A DNA stretch of 64,000 nucleotides from Phallusia mammillata (Eukaryota): assembly GCA_965637545.1 (NCBI GenBank), contig OZ281501.1, positions 19,592,001 through 19,656,000 of the forward strand, in the 5' to 3' direction. Shown in pieces: positions 23,486 through 37,245 of the stretch. Within the stretch, counting starts at the first letter, position 1. Each line of letters opens with the position of its first letter. Made by a program: the position numbers and the translations under genes. The notes beneath the pieces are model-generated. The model ran no database searches, had not been told where the DNA came from, and saw nothing but the letters and a program-made list of their open reading frames with translations.

Positions 23486-25946
23486 TTACCTTTTGTCCCT
23501 TGAGTTGCAAGTTCCACTCAGATAAAGTTTTGCTGATTTTAGTCGATGCACAGTTTCATTTTTACCAAGCATCGTGATAATATCAACTATCGAAGGCCCC
23601 TCCTATAATTGAGTGTATTTAATGTCTAGCAGTCACCTTCAGTATCATTCCACCAACCTTCCTGTCGATCAGAATCATGCGCAGAAATTGCATAAGTTTT
23701 CCAAAATTTATGTCCTGCAGTTTGGAAAGATTTCGAAGTTCCTTCATTACAGAAACCAAATCACTTTCCAAATTACTTTCTTCGAGAAACCTAAGCACAA
23801 ACAATGATTTTTGAAAACAGAAATTTAACATGAATCTAAACTCATTTATTATTGAAATAAGCTATTGCTGCCAGGCATAATGTATGACTAAGTATTGCTC
23901 ATCCAGCAGTTTTATTGTAAACAATCGACGTTTCGACGTCCTATACAAGACGCCTTCATCAGGATAATGACATTTATTATTGTTTACTTTTCAACTTTTT
24001 CAAGTGCTTGAAGAAACTCTGTTTGCGCCGGCAAATTTTCTGTGTCCGTCCTCACCCACAGGTATTTGTATTCATCATCAGTAATGTCAAGTATTCTTGT
24101 AATGTGACCCTGCAAATATTTGGTAACAAAATGCACAACTGCAACAATATTTCAAATTTACCTTTCGAACATCAAGAAGTGTTTCAATGTATTTCTGTGA
24201 TTTTTCATCCAAGCTCTGTGGGTTTATTACGCAGTTGTCCCCATAATTTTTAATAACTTTGTTGTAAACATCTTTCACTAGTTTTGCAAGTTGTTCTGGA
24301 TGAGCATTTGTGATTTTTCTTTCAGTTAAAACTCGACCAAACTCTTCAAGTTTGCTAAAGTTCATGCGAACGTCAGAGTGAATGATCTATTAAAATATCT
24401 AATAAACAGTTATGTAAAATATGATTTCATATTCATTGCCAAAAGAAAATACCTCACTAGGACTAAATCTTTGGATAAGGATTTTCAAAACCTCTTCATA
24501 ATTGTCATTACCGATCGGAAATTTATCGGTTAAATCTGGAAAAGCTGATCCATGGCTTGCAATAAAATTTAACATTGTGGCTGGGGAATATCCTTTGTTA
24601 CGATATTGTTCAACAAACACATCACCCTGAAAAATCCAAGTAACATTTGTAATAAATCCTCAATCACAACAAGAACCATTCACCTGTCGTTTCGATAATT
24701 TTGAACCATCAGGATTCACAAACAGAGGTAGGTGTAAATACTGTGGTGGATTCCAGCCAAAATATTTATACATTATTGTATGTTTCACAGTTGATGTAAG
24801 CCACTCCTGACCGCGGATAACATGACTGATTTGCATGAGATGGTCATCAACAACATTAGCTAGATGGTAAGTGGGGAACCTAAACATTAAACTTGTTTGT
24901 TCTACTGCTTGGTGAATAACAATATTCACGCACTTACCCATCTGTCTTCAGCAACACTGGATCACCTTCAAGCTGGGATATATTGTAGCCAACTTTCCCA
25001 TGCAACATGTCCTCAATGAACTCTGTTTCTTCTGGTAACTTTAATCGGATTACATAAGGGATGCCCATTTCCATCTGCTGCTGGACTTTGTCTTTGGATA
25101 AATGTCTACATCTGTTGTCATATCTACAGAAAAAAATCAAATCAAAGACGAAAACTGCACATTGTTTTCAGTTATACCCTGCCTGTTTATTAAGGCAAAA
25201 TATATATTTCTGTTATTAAAAGAAAGGGTTTATGCTTTTTACCTGTTTTAGTGAAACAATCTAATATTCTACTGATCAGAAGCAAGAATCTTTCTTTTAT
25301 ACATTTTATTGTCTGTGGAAGATTCGTTAAATAACTGTTTCAGTGTTACCTTGTTTGTTCTTTTCTTGTTTTTTGACCTTTCTTTAACAAAGCCAGTCGT
25401 TGTTGTGAACAAAAACATTGGTAGGCTGCCCCACTTTCTACAAGCTGGTTTGCAAACCTGTAAAAAATAAGTAAGTCAGATTCTCAGCAGACAACCAGCA
25501 TTTAAATTGAGACTGACTTATTGTAATGGTGCAACCTCTCGCTTTGTATGTATGGACCATGACTACCACCATGCACACTACTTTCATCTGGAACAATTCC
25601 AACCCATTTTAGAGACGACAACAAATTGTCGACGGAGTTTGGAATAAATCTGCTCTGGTCAGTGTCTTCGATTCTTAAAATAAATTTCCCATTGTGTTTT
25701 TTAGCGAAAAGGAAGTTATACAAAGCTGTCCGGAGTCCTCCAATATGCAAGAAACCTAAGCAGATGAAATAAAACTAATAATTAGTCACATAACATTACA
25801 ACTTTGCACAAATAACCTGTTGGGGACGGTGCAAAGCGAACCCTCACTGCTTCTTCACTTTGAATTGATCTCACAGGAATCAAAAACTTTAATTTATTAA
25901 ACTTGTATAATTGTTTCAATTCGTGACGGGTGAATAACGCTTTCAT
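23486..25946 (-). CDS. EARS2: Mitochondrial glutamyl-tRNA synthetase
   Basis: [55 protein letters not shown]-like segment, [53 protein letters not shown] (KMSKS-like) and a C-terminal [13 protein letters not shown] anticodon-binding segment. Confidence 0.95.
23921..23968 (-). ncRNA. Minimal type I hammerhead ribozyme motif (Penelope-type) in an EARS2 intron, sense to the pre-mRNA
   Basis: The minus strand reads attatc CTGATGA a GGCGTCTT gtat AGGACGTC GAAA CGTC^ gattgt: both core boxes, an 8-bp stem II with a tetraloop, a palindromic ACGT stem III, a GUC cleavage triplet and a short stem I. Confidence 0.7.
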
Positions 25947-26069
25947 GCTTAACAACAAGTAAGCATTATTTATAGCCAATTTGCAAATCGTGTAAACACA
26001 AAAGTTGTCACAAAATAAACCAAAAAGCACAAAGACATGTTTTTTAAGTGTTTTTAACTAGAATATAAT

Positions 26070-26339
26070 TCAAGATTTAAGTGCTGTTTGTGGAGATAAG
26101 TTTGTGGTCTGCTGAAGATGTTCCTGGAATCGCTGAGATATTCTTGCTGTTGCTTTCAGATACTTTTGCAGACAATATGTAGAGCAAACATTTTCGGACG
26201 AAGTTACTTTTCGTGACGTGAAATCATGAACACAATCTCCGAAGCATTCTTCCGTGATTTTGTTGTACGACTGAAGAAACTCCTTGAATTGTTTTATTTG
26301 ATCTGCTTGATTCGTTTGATCAGAACCCGGCATCGCCAT
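26070..26339 (-). CDS. TIMM9: Mitochondrial import inner membrane translocase subunit Tim9 (single exon)
   Basis: [32 protein letters not shown]...[22 protein letters not shown]: twin CX3C motif with the Tim9 signature. Confidence 0.95.
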   Translation of the reverse strand: MAMPGSDQTNQADQIKQFKEFLQSYNKITEECFGDCVHDFTSRKVTSSENVCSTYCLQKYLKATARISQRFQEHLQQTTNLSPQTALKS

Positions 26340-27256
26340 TTTGAAATGTTGTTAGAAGCAAATCAATTTTAGAAATATTTTTTTGGAAAGTTGAACTGCG
26401 TGGTGTTGCAGGCTTTTCTGAACAGGGGATTTCCGGATTTGTTCGTGTGACTTGTCGTAGATTTAAACACAAAATCTACGAAATCCCGTTTTTATATCAG
26501 AAAAATTACAATGGAAAAAAACGTTTAATTCCAAAACCCGTTTCACGTTTTTTAGTCTTTGCTAAACTTTAAAAAAATGTTCGTTTATATTTACAAAACA
26601 CACAAAAAGACACACAAAAGCTTATTCGCAGTTGATTGACAAATTTTGAATGAAAATTGTTTTTCATAAAAGCAAAAACGGGAAAACATTTTTAGCATTG
26701 GATTTAAATTTAGCAGAGCGTCTAGTTGGAAAAACACAAAACAAAACTTGTGGAAATTTGGAATAATTTGAGATCGGCGGTAAATTAAATTCTACGCATG
26801 ACTGGTTCCATCCACTCATGATCGACCACGCGCTGCTTTTGTACGGGGCCGGGTCTTAATGCACGGGATGTGCTTTGGCGTGTTTAAGCTTTCCGTAAAA
26901 ATGATGGACAGCGGCTTCCTTGCAGTTGGTATTGTAAAAGGTATTTAGTCGTTATGTGCTTTGACTGACGTTTGTGAATTCTCATTTTTTTTACTTCTTT
27001 AATTTAATGCTTGATAATTTGTAATTGCAATATGTCAGTGTCACTGTATTAATTAATGAACATTGCAACAGCGAATTTGTTACATTTATGGGAGCTATAG
27101 ATAGTTCACAGTGAACACATGTGCGATGTTGGTAAACTTTACCTTGCAGATTTTGAAACACATTTCCGTGCTGATAGTTTTGGTTTAACATATTGCAATT
27201 TTGTTAAAATTGTGTTTGATTTTAGATTTTGTAAAATAGGGTTTAACTGATAGAAT

Positions 27257-30200
27257 ATGAATTTTTTATTGTTAATTGTCTTGGTTGGGATTCTCTCAAC
27301 TAGCTGTGCCGATGATGAAAAACAGGTCAGAAAGTTTTTTATTTAGTTTCTCCCAACAGTGTTTATAACTTTTAAGTTTTACAGGCACCAAAATATTCCA
27401 CACCGATAGCCAAAGGGGATGTTTACCTGCAGGAACCATTTGATTCTGACGATGCCATTGACAGGTTGGTTAATATTTGACATGTTTTTAAATAATAAAT
27501 GATATTTGAAAAAAAACATTGTGTGTGGTCCAATTGTTTGATTTTTTTGCCAATAAGTTTCATTTTCCCAGTTGGACAGTATCGAAGGCAAAAAAAGATG
27601 ATGTAGACTCAGAAATTGCAAAGTATGATGGGAAATGGAAAGTTGAAAGTCCGCAGGAAAATGCTTTGCCAGGAGATTTGGGGCTGGTTTTGAAAAGCAA
27701 AGCAAGGTGATACATGGTTTCATAAATATGGATCCCCTTTCTTGCAGAGGCCTGTATTTATTTTTGTAAAGTTTCACCCCAAAGGACATTTCTGAACAGG
27801 GTTGTAACCATCTTTATTGCATTTATGACCTTGCACAACTCAGCAGGTTGATAACCGTTTTAGAAATTTGGACCACATGCTTTTTAGCAGTTGACACAGC
27901 CAAAGGTATAAGTTAAACTTGCGTTACGCTTCTACTTGGACAAAGCACCTTGCTGTATTCCAAAGTGTCGTTTAAATCACATAACAGAATACGTCAGGAA
28001 ACATATTGACAGGTAAATACAAGGGTGCAGCCAAGCACATCACCTCCAAAAAACATGCACAACAATATGCAAACAAAAGTTGTTCTTGTTAAATGTTGTA
28101 CAACGTTGAGATCGGTGGTTAAAACTACTTAAAGCTGGCACAGTTGCATTGTTCCCATGCAATATTTCAATTTCGTTTTGTGACACTAACAGATAAAACC
28201 ATATTAGTATCTTTACTAATTTGCATATACAAGTATGAATAAACCCATCCATTTCTACCAGTAGAAACAATTGTGTGCTTTAGAGTTTAAACTCCCTTTG
28301 ACATTAAATATGTAAATTGGCAACATGAGAAAGCCACCTTTCCAGTTGCTGTTAATTTCACAAATTAATTTTTCAATTTTCTTTTCAGACATCATGCCAT
28401 AGCTGTTCCGCTTGATAAACCATTTGTATTTGATTCAAAACCATTTATTGTCCAATACGAAGTAAACTTTCAAACAGGGATTGAATGTGGCGGAGCATAC
28501 ATGAAACTTCTCACACACACTGAAGATCTGAATCTAGTAAGTTTTCAAGTTCTCTAAATGTCTGAATATTTTTTTTAGCTTGTGACTACTTGTACCTTAT
28601 GTATTTGAGAGTTTTAGAAAATGTGATAAATATGTACTGCTTTAAAATAAGCCGCTGTGTTTGTGAAATAGAACAACATTATGGTGTTCACCACTTTGGT
28701 GTTCAGCACGCCAAAACCACTGGACTACGTGGTCACACTGTCAGTGTGTCTAAGAAGATGTAAACAATTTTCTTTCTTAACTGAAAAATTGCTGTAACTT
28801 TTATCTGCAGTTGTGCATTTACAAAATAAATGTTTTCTAGGAACAGTTCCAGGACAAAACCCCTTATACAATCATGTTTGGGCCAGACAAGTGCGGAGAA
28901 GATTACAAGGTAAAAATGGTGATGTGCTGCAGTGATTAATTTAAGCTAGCTGTACACCTAACACACTGTTTCAACTTATTGTGCCTTATCAGTGCAGCTG
29001 GTGACATTGACTAGTGTAGCCTTATTATACAATCCAGTTTGTTGGGCGTAACAAACTGAAAAGCCATGCCATAGCTTATTTATCATGTATATGGCTCCAT
29101 GATTTTTTATGTGTGTACAATTAAACATTTTTACTTAACATGTCTTGTTTTATTCAGTTGCATTTTATATTCCGCCACAAAAATCCCAAAACTGGTGAAT
29201 TTGAAGAAAAACATGCAAAGAAACCCACTGTGGACATCAAGTCGTATTACACTGACAAAGCTACTCATTTATACACACTTATGTTGACCGAGGACAACAA
29301 CTTTAAAATCTACATCGACCACAACGAAGTGAATTCTGGAAGTTTACTGACAGATTTCAGGTAATTTGCTGCGGCATGAATAACTATTGGTTGATGTTCA
29401 ACATTCCCTTGTCCTTGCTGTAACTTTGTTAGTTGCTTTAAATTTGCTGGAATTGGTTAGCTTTAGTATAAAGAATAAATATGTTTCCCTGACACTGAAC
29501 ATGCTTGCATAAGCGAAAAATATTTGCTAACTGATTTCAGCCTTAAAACAAACACTTCCAAACTTGTGATACATAATATGAAAGGTGGAAATCATTACAA
29601 CAATGGTAACAGAATAGGGAATGTTTCCCAAACTCATTTTACTAGGATTAATGGATTTAATGGTTTAATTTTTCCCCCAAAAAAGTCTAGTTTATTAATT
29701 TTTCCAGCCCCCCTGTCAACCCACCGAAAGAAATTGAAGACAAAGACGACAAGAAACCTGAGGATTGGGATGAACGGGAAAAAATTGCTGACCCAGAAGC
29801 TTCAAAACCTGATGACTGGTTAGTTTACTGGAAATATTTGTTTTCCCACATTATGGTAAATAGTGGCTACATGTTAGATGACAAATATTATAAGAATCAA
29901 AGCTGACAGTCACTTTCAGACCTAGTTTTGCAAACACACAATTTAACAGAAAACAATTCATAATTGCAACACACAAACATTAAGGGTTGTTTATGAAAGA
30001 CTACTCGCAAATATGCAATCTATGCAAACTGCAGTTAGCAATGGCCAGACTTTGCTGTGTAAATTTCGCACCAGAAAAATAACTATATCTAGAATATATT
30101 GTGTTTGAACAAGGCTAGGCCATTTGATGCACATTTGTCACAATAGAAAATGTGAATAACATGGTTTGAATAGCACTTTGCTAGTTGTAGTTTGGTAGAA

Positions 30201-33200
30201 GCAAAGCACATTTGCAACATTGTTAATTGTGTTCAGGGATGAAGATGCTCCAGCTAAGACTGCTGATCCGGATGCGGAGATGCCGGATGGTTGGTTGGAG
30301 GACGAACCTCTGTACGTGGATGATCCTGATGCAGCAAAACCTGAAGATTGGGACGATGAGATGGATGGGGAGTGGGAAGCACCTAAAGTGAGATCATCAA
30401 ATATTTTTTAACTTAAATTTAAGTTTTGCTGTTCGTTGAAGTTGTGAACTTTAATCAAAGCTGCCATATAGAATTACCTGAAATGTGACCTTAGGTTGTA
30501 AACATATTTAACTGATGTGGCCTCTCATATCACTGATGATGGCATGAACACTTGCTAAGCCAGTTGACTCATACAGCATGTCACTTTTGACAGCTGTTTG
30601 TGCCTTACTTTCCACATTAAACTTATGACCTTGGGTCAGTGTTGCAAAAAACTCCAATTTACAGTTTTCAATTTAGTTTCGCTTTTGTGTTTTTTTATAT
30701 GTTTACCAATTTTACTTAAGCTTGTGACCAAACCATGAACTCATGCAACTTCACAGGTTGACAATCCTAAATGCAGTGAAGTTGCCGGCTGTGGAACGTG
30801 GGAACCACCGATGATTTCAAACCCCGCCTACAAAGGAAAATGGCGCCCTCCGATGATAAGCAACCCTAACTACAAAGGAATTTGGAAACCAAGAATTATC
30901 CCGAACCCAGACTTTTTCGAGGATTCACAACCATTCAAGATGTTCCCCATTGTAAGTTGATGAAACATATTTCTGATCCTCGTGGTTTTATGAAACTTGT
31001 GATTTCATTTTTAGGGTGCTGTTGGATTTGAATTGTGGTCTATGAGTGAAGACATTTTATTCGACAATATCATCATAACATCGGATAAACAAGTTTCAGA
31101 TGAATATGCGGAAAAAACCTGGAAAATGAAAAAACAAGTCCAAGCGGAGAATGAGGTTCGTTGTAAGTTAATTGTCAGGGGGAAATTTTGCTGAATCTTA
31201 TTCATGACTCAGCAAATACAGAGAATTCTAAAGCAGCAGAAAAGTGTGAAGTCAAAGAGAAGAAAGAGAAAGGTTTAATTTTGTTTGTGGGTGGATGGTT
31301 TGGGTTGAAACTTGCATGAGTAAATTACTTTGTTGTACAGAAAAGCAAGAAAAACAGAGGACACAGAAATGTCAAGGTTTTGCATGTGTAAATTCTAGAA
31401 TAAACACTGAAAGTAGAATTTTTTGGATGATTTAAAATTTGCTTTAGGGTTTAGTTACAGGGGGTAGTATATAGTTATTGGAGGTTGTAGATACAATAGT
31501 TATAAAATTAATGGTAATAAAATTACACTATTCAGTTTTAGTGGAAATGTTTTTGAGCTCTTAATGTTTTTTTAATTATTTTCAGCCTGGCTTTGTGCAA
31601 GGCTTGTTGTCAGCCACAGAAGAGCGACCCTGGCTGTGGATTATTTACGTCTTGGTTGTCGGTTTGCCGCTCGTACTCCTCTTCACATTCTGCTGCAGGT
31701 TTGTTTCACAAAAATCTCGACGATAAAAGAAATAAATTGTAATCCTAATTTTTTTTCATGCAGTGGTGGAAAGAAAGCTGATCCGAAGAAGACTGATGAA
31801 GCGACTCCGGATGATCCTCATGATTCAGAGGAAGAAAAGGTTTGTTGATGTCACTTGAATCTCTGCTTGACTAGTGTCGTTCGTATCTGGTCAGAAAATA
31901 TGTTTTGCTTGTTCGTTGTACTATGAAGTATTGATTATAAAAGACAATGGCTAATATGGGACCGGGAATATATTTCTGTTTGAAAATAGGCATAGCATGC
32001 AGCGCAATACACAACTAATTTTCCTTGCTGCACACTTTGCAGGTAAACATAACAAAAGTTGTTTAAAAATGTTAATTATGGGTCCCTTTCTATGAAGGGA
32101 AACACATATTGTTTTTGTCCGTATTTCTTTTTCTGTCTAACGCTGGTTTGTTATACACGTTTGGTCATGAAAAAGTGCTTTAAATTTATTCAAATTTGGA
32201 CAAATGTTAAGTTATTAATCCAAATTTGATCCTCCTGAAGTTTGACCCCAAACGACCCAGCGGTTCACCCGCAGGCCCCCAAAACATATTTTTTAAAAAA
32301 CGGCTGTACTGACTAAAGTACAGCATCTCTGAGTGATATGCTTTGTTGTTTGGTGCAATATAAGATATTTCAAAGAATTTTGTATCTTTTTTTCGATTCA
32401 CCCATTTTCACCCCTAAAACCCCAAATATTCATTTCTGTCTAACGCTGGTTTGTTAAATGCGTTTGGTCAAGAAAGAGTGCTTTAAATTTATTCAAATTT
32501 GGACAGATGTTAGTTATTAATCCAAATTTGATCCTCCTGAAGTTTGACCCCAAACGACCGAGCGGTTCACCCACAGGCCCTCAAAACGAAAAAATTAAAA
32601 CGGCTCTACTGACTAAAGTACATAATCTGAGAGTTTCATGCTTTGTTGGTTGGTGCGATGTAAGGTATTCTAAAGAATTTTGTAACTTTTTATTGGATTC
32701 ACCCATTTTACCCCTTAAACCCCAAAATAATAAGTTTTAGGCCAAAAATACAAGCCCTAATGTGCTGAAATGTTAAACAATTGTTTGCAGTAGGTTATTC
32801 GTTTAGTGTGTAAAATTTTGCCTTAATCTGCCAAATAGTTACTTTTACAGCCCATAATATGTGTACACTGTCAATCAGATAGAAGTCTCAACTCTCAAGG
32901 GAGTAACTCACTTGTTTACGATTAAGGCGGATGTTTACAAGACAGTCATGTCAGTGATTAGAAATCAGCTGTTTTTGCGCAGCTATACTATGTCGTTTTA
33001 TTAAGTATCAAGCACATTTTCAGTTGTGGAAAATTGTGTTTGAAAACTGACCTTGAACGACAATATCAAGGTCAAAGCATAAGATTAAATTAAAAGTATT
33101 TTTCCCGTACTGTGTTTTGTAATTATATGACAATAATGATGCAAAAAGAATACGGACAAAACTTTTAAAGCTGGGTTATTGCTAAAGTTGGTTTCACCCA

Positions 33201-34790
33201 AAGTTTTTTCTTAAGAATCTAAAAATATGCAGGACGTTAAATCTGCACAAACGCGTGTGTGAGGACCCATTCGTTTTTGCTTGCAAAAACAATCATATAT
33301 GTACATCGAATGATGTGTATAGTAAATTGGTAAACAGCGTATAGATCATATAAAAAAAGTATATTAGAAAGCCACCTTTCTAGTTTTCAACCTAATTGTG
33401 GTGGGTAAGGATGCTTTTCATTACTAATAACTCAAATATGAGGTTTGCAACGTTATCTTGCACTCCAGTATTTGTCATGACGTCCTAAAACACCAGAGAA
33501 TGTTTGCACTTTAACACAGGGAATATTTTGAGGCACACTTGGAAGTCTCTCACGGCACACAGTTTGATAATCACTAGTGTATATGCAATGGTTAAGATTG
33601 CTAAGCCACCCTTCTAGTTTCTTGTCTATCATTGTGATGCAGTGTGTATCTGTTTTTAAGATCCGGTTTGCATGATTTTGTGTACTTCTAGTTTAAGATT
33701 GGAACAGAATCAGCTGATTTGTTTTCTATCAAGTTTATAATTCTGTATATTTTGCACAGGAGGCTGAGGAAGGATCACAGAAAGATGCGACCGAATCCCA
33801 AGGAGAAGAGGATGGAGGTGATGAAGTGAGCACAGCGAGATCCGGGGAAGAGGAGGAGGAAGGAGGCGATGGGGAGAAGCCGGTGACAAAAGCTGATCTG
33901 GAGAAAGATGAGGAAGATGTTGATGATGATGACAGTGGTCCTGTCAGGTGGGTTGGAACTTTGTGTCTTCTGGTTCTTACTAGGGATGCGCCGAGCCGAG
34001 CCAGAACCCGAGTACTCGGTACCGAGCATCGCTGTTTTTAATGCTCGGTGCTCGGCCGAGCAGTTGCACAAACTGACCCGAGCGTTAAATTTGCATATTC
34101 ATGCACTGCTAACATATGTAACTAGTGTTCTAAAGGGTGTCTTTAAACAAAAACGAATGGTACTTTATGGGCATGTACAGCTTAATAAAACACCACCGGT
34201 GACGTAAGAGGCCTTGTAGAGCTAAAACGTAGAAAGGGGATTTTTTGTGACGTCATAATGCACCGAGCGTGCTCGGCCGAGCACCGAGCATTAAAGTGAG
34301 ATGCTCGGTGCTCGACCAAACAGAACATTTGCAGTTTTGGCACATCCCTAGTTCTTACTATAAATTATTAAATTTCTTGATAAAATCTGTTGCAATATAA
34401 TCATAATAGATCATGTATTAAATAGATCACGAAAAAACACTTGTAACTTCGAATCGCGGAGCCTGTGTAGCTCAGTTGGTAGAGCGCCAGTCCTGGAAAT
34501 ACTCCAGTCGTGGGTTTCAATCCCATTGCAGGCTAGATTTTTTGTCTGCTCTGTGCCTTGCCATATGTGGGATTGCTTGGTGACTGGCTGACATGTTATA
34601 ATGCTATGGGCCTGTTGTGCAATACTTTATGAACAAATATGCCTTGAGCGCTGGTCTGCATGAACGCTCCCGGGCTGATCACAGTACGTGTGTAAGTTTA
34701 CCTTAGCTGACACACAAAAATCTTACACCAAACAATTTTGCTTCCAACAGAAGATCACCTAGAAAGCGGAAGCCGAGAGTCCAGGACTGA
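27257..34790 (+). CDS. CANX: Calnexin
   Basis: Signal peptide [18 protein letters not shown]; [33 protein letters not shown]; P-domain repeats ([44 protein letters not shown]); [26 protein letters not shown]; acidic tail ending [13 protein letters not shown]. Confidence 0.97.
32075..32740. repeat. ~303-bp tandem duplication in a calnexin intron, probably transposon-derived
   Basis: Units beginning ttctgtctaacgctggtttgtt at 32131 and 32434. The 5' leader attatgggtccctttc...acacatattg recurs at ~61143. Confidence 0.75.
33981..34350. mobile_element. hAT-type MITE (TAGGGATG family, 370 bp) in the last calnexin intron
   Basis: TIRs tagggatgcgcc / ggcacatcccta, a perfect 8-bp TSD gttcttac and internal ccgagc(a) repeats. 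Confidence 0.85.
34459..34710 (+). mobile_element. tRNA-derived SINE (3' end approximate)
   Basis: The head GCCTGTG-TA-GCTCAGTTGGTAGAGC...GTGGGTTTCAATCCCAT-TGCAGGC has acceptor, D and T stems and A/B boxes but no pairing anticodon stem. It is followed by a body shared with the element at 942-1205. Confidence 0.7.
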
Positions 34791-35542
34791 CAAAAAACTA
34801 AACAAACACGAACAGAATGACAAATTTCTCCATCGGACGTGGACACATGGCACTGTGGCCATTTACCAAATGCATGGGAAATTAAAATTGTTAGTAGGTT
34901 AATTATTTGTAACAAATTAGAAGTTCTAGACCAGCAGTTTCTTCACCAATTAAATATGTCTTGTTTTGTTTGTTAACCGTGTTGTGTGTATTGTATTTGT
35001 AAAAGTAGTTTAAATATGTTGTTAAATCTTTTTTTGCTGAAACAAATTTTCTTTACCCTAATATGTTTACACAAATTTTTTTTCTGCGGATAATAATGGT
35101 AGGGCTGAACTGAAAAAGCTGCAGTTTGAAATGCTATGCAAGTAATTGTCAGTTGTGAGATCAATGATAATGTCACCAAGATTTATTATAGTTTGCTGAT
35201 TCGGGATGCTGCTGTATATTTGAGGTTTCTCAAAATTGTTTGTTGTTTAAATGAGAACTGGTCCCAGCAAATTCTTCAGTGTAGTAAAAGTATTGATTGT
35301 GTCGGTGTTTGTGATATTACGCAATAAACTGGAGCATTTGGTGGATGAAAATTTGTGTTTGCACGAGTAACTTCCTATATAGGGCCTGTGAACACAACTG
35401 AACATTCATTTGCTACAACTCACATAAGTTCAAATGATTATATTGATATAAAAAACTTAAAGTTTAAAGTGCACCTTGGAAATTACAGAACATAGAAACA
35501 TGCAAACCGTGTAAAAGCAACAGTCAGAAAACAAATTGCACT

Positions 35543-37041
35543 TTAATTTGACGAGCTTGCGCCATGTAAACTTTCCCCGGACTCATTTGGGTTTTGGGTT
35601 TCTTGGTTGGTGGCATTTTGAGCAAGTTGTAAACAGTTTTCATCAGTTGCTTGTTTAAGTGATGTTTCTGCAGTTTGTTCTTTGGTTTTCGAAACTTCCA
35701 GTTTGTGATCTTCTTCCTTTGCTTCCTGACTGATGTTCTGTTGTTCCTTTGCTTCTTTATTATTCCTCTCTTGTTCCTTTGCTTCAAGAACTTCTTCTTC
35801 CACATCGAGCTTCATCATCAACTCTTCCAACTTCTTCGCCTGTGAAAAAAAAACTTGTGATTACAAGTAGTAAATTCCCAGTACCTCGGCAAACTACCTT
35901 TCTTTCTTCATTAGCCTGGATCATGTGATACAAGTGTTCTGTGAGATCTTCTTTCTTCACAGTTTTCTTGTTAAGATCCAGTTTTGCTTCTACATATTCT
36001 GCTTCAGCTTTATTGAATCGTTTTCTGAACAATTTAAGGTTAGTTTGTTTTTTAGGCTGGCAAAAAAGTTTTTACCCACTGTGCGTTTGCAAACTCGAAA
36101 CAAGCCGTCTCTATACGATCCCGAAGTATTGAAACATCAACGTTTAACATTTGGTCGAGTTTTGCCAATTCGTTTTGGATTTTGACGAGTTTGTGAGATT
36201 CAGCAAAAGCTTTCTTTTTCCTGAAATGTATTTCTTTGATTATTTAAAGCTTCCAATGAAAGAAATATTTAAATTTTACCTTTCAGCAATTTCCTTTGAG
36301 AGCATTGCTTTCTTTTTTCTGTTTTTTTCTTCCATTTGCTTCTGTCTCAGATGAACATCTTCAAGTTTTAGTTTCTCTTTTCTGCAACAAAGTTTTTATG
36401 TTAAATGCAAAACAGTTAAAAAAAACAAGTCTCTTACTCTCGAACTGATTCTTCATCGATTACGATATTTTTCTCCAGTGGAATATTTTCAGGAATCGCT
36501 TTGTTTTCTTTCGGTGTTTCTTGTGTTGTTTCATGACTGTTTTGTTTAGCAGCAGAAATTTCATTTTTCTTGATTTGCTGATCATGTTTTGGTTGGGACA
36601 GGGCAGCTCCCGGTGGAATGTGAGAAGTTGTTCTGGTTGCTTCATCTCGTCTTGTCTGCAAACATTAAGGTTACTTAACCATGATTTGAAATGCACTGAA
36701 AAATATTGTTTTAGGCTGAATGCAACACTTGTAGCATACAGAAGGCTAATTGCTGGGGCCTTGTTTAATCTATGTTGTTGGGTGATTGTGAATATTTTTC
36801 GTCATTTAAAAAAATGTTCTGCAAAAGTTTATGAAAGAAAGAGGAAAAAAATGTGCCCCCTCATTGAATGAACCACGTAATAACATACATTAGACTTCGG
36901 TCTTCTGTTGTTTGTGTTCAGCTTTGTCTTTTGTGCTGTTACTGGTTTGACAATTTTTGGTTGATTTTTCTTCTGCATAGCTTTTGGATTATTTTTCATT
37001 TTTTCCAGATCAGCATCAGTAAACCCTACCCAATCTGCCAT
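35543..37041 (-). CDS. GORAB: RAB6-interacting golgin
   Basis: [17 protein letters not shown]-terminus; coiled coil [57 protein letters not shown]. Confidence 0.88.
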
Positions 37042-37245
37042 GGTTACATAAAATGTCTGAAAAAAACAACAACGAACAAACGAAGTTAAAAGCAGAGTTG
37101 CAGGATCAGGATCTTAGGTTCAGAGTTGGGGGTTTAGGTTTAGATTGAGACTCTTTAGAGCTAGAATCAGAAACGTAAAAAGTCTGAGGTGTCTAAACGT
37201 ACCCTAATAATGCCTGCAACCTGGAGGTCGAACAGCAACAAACTG

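Noticed and set aside
30533-30570. Additional hammerhead motif (CTGATGA tggc...gcc)
   Set aside because: No GAAA box or NUH site follows.
34461-34535. Functional tRNA gene
   Set aside because: Acceptor, D and T arms form, but the anticodon stem does not pair, and the downstream body is shared with another dispersed copy, so it is treated as a SINE head.
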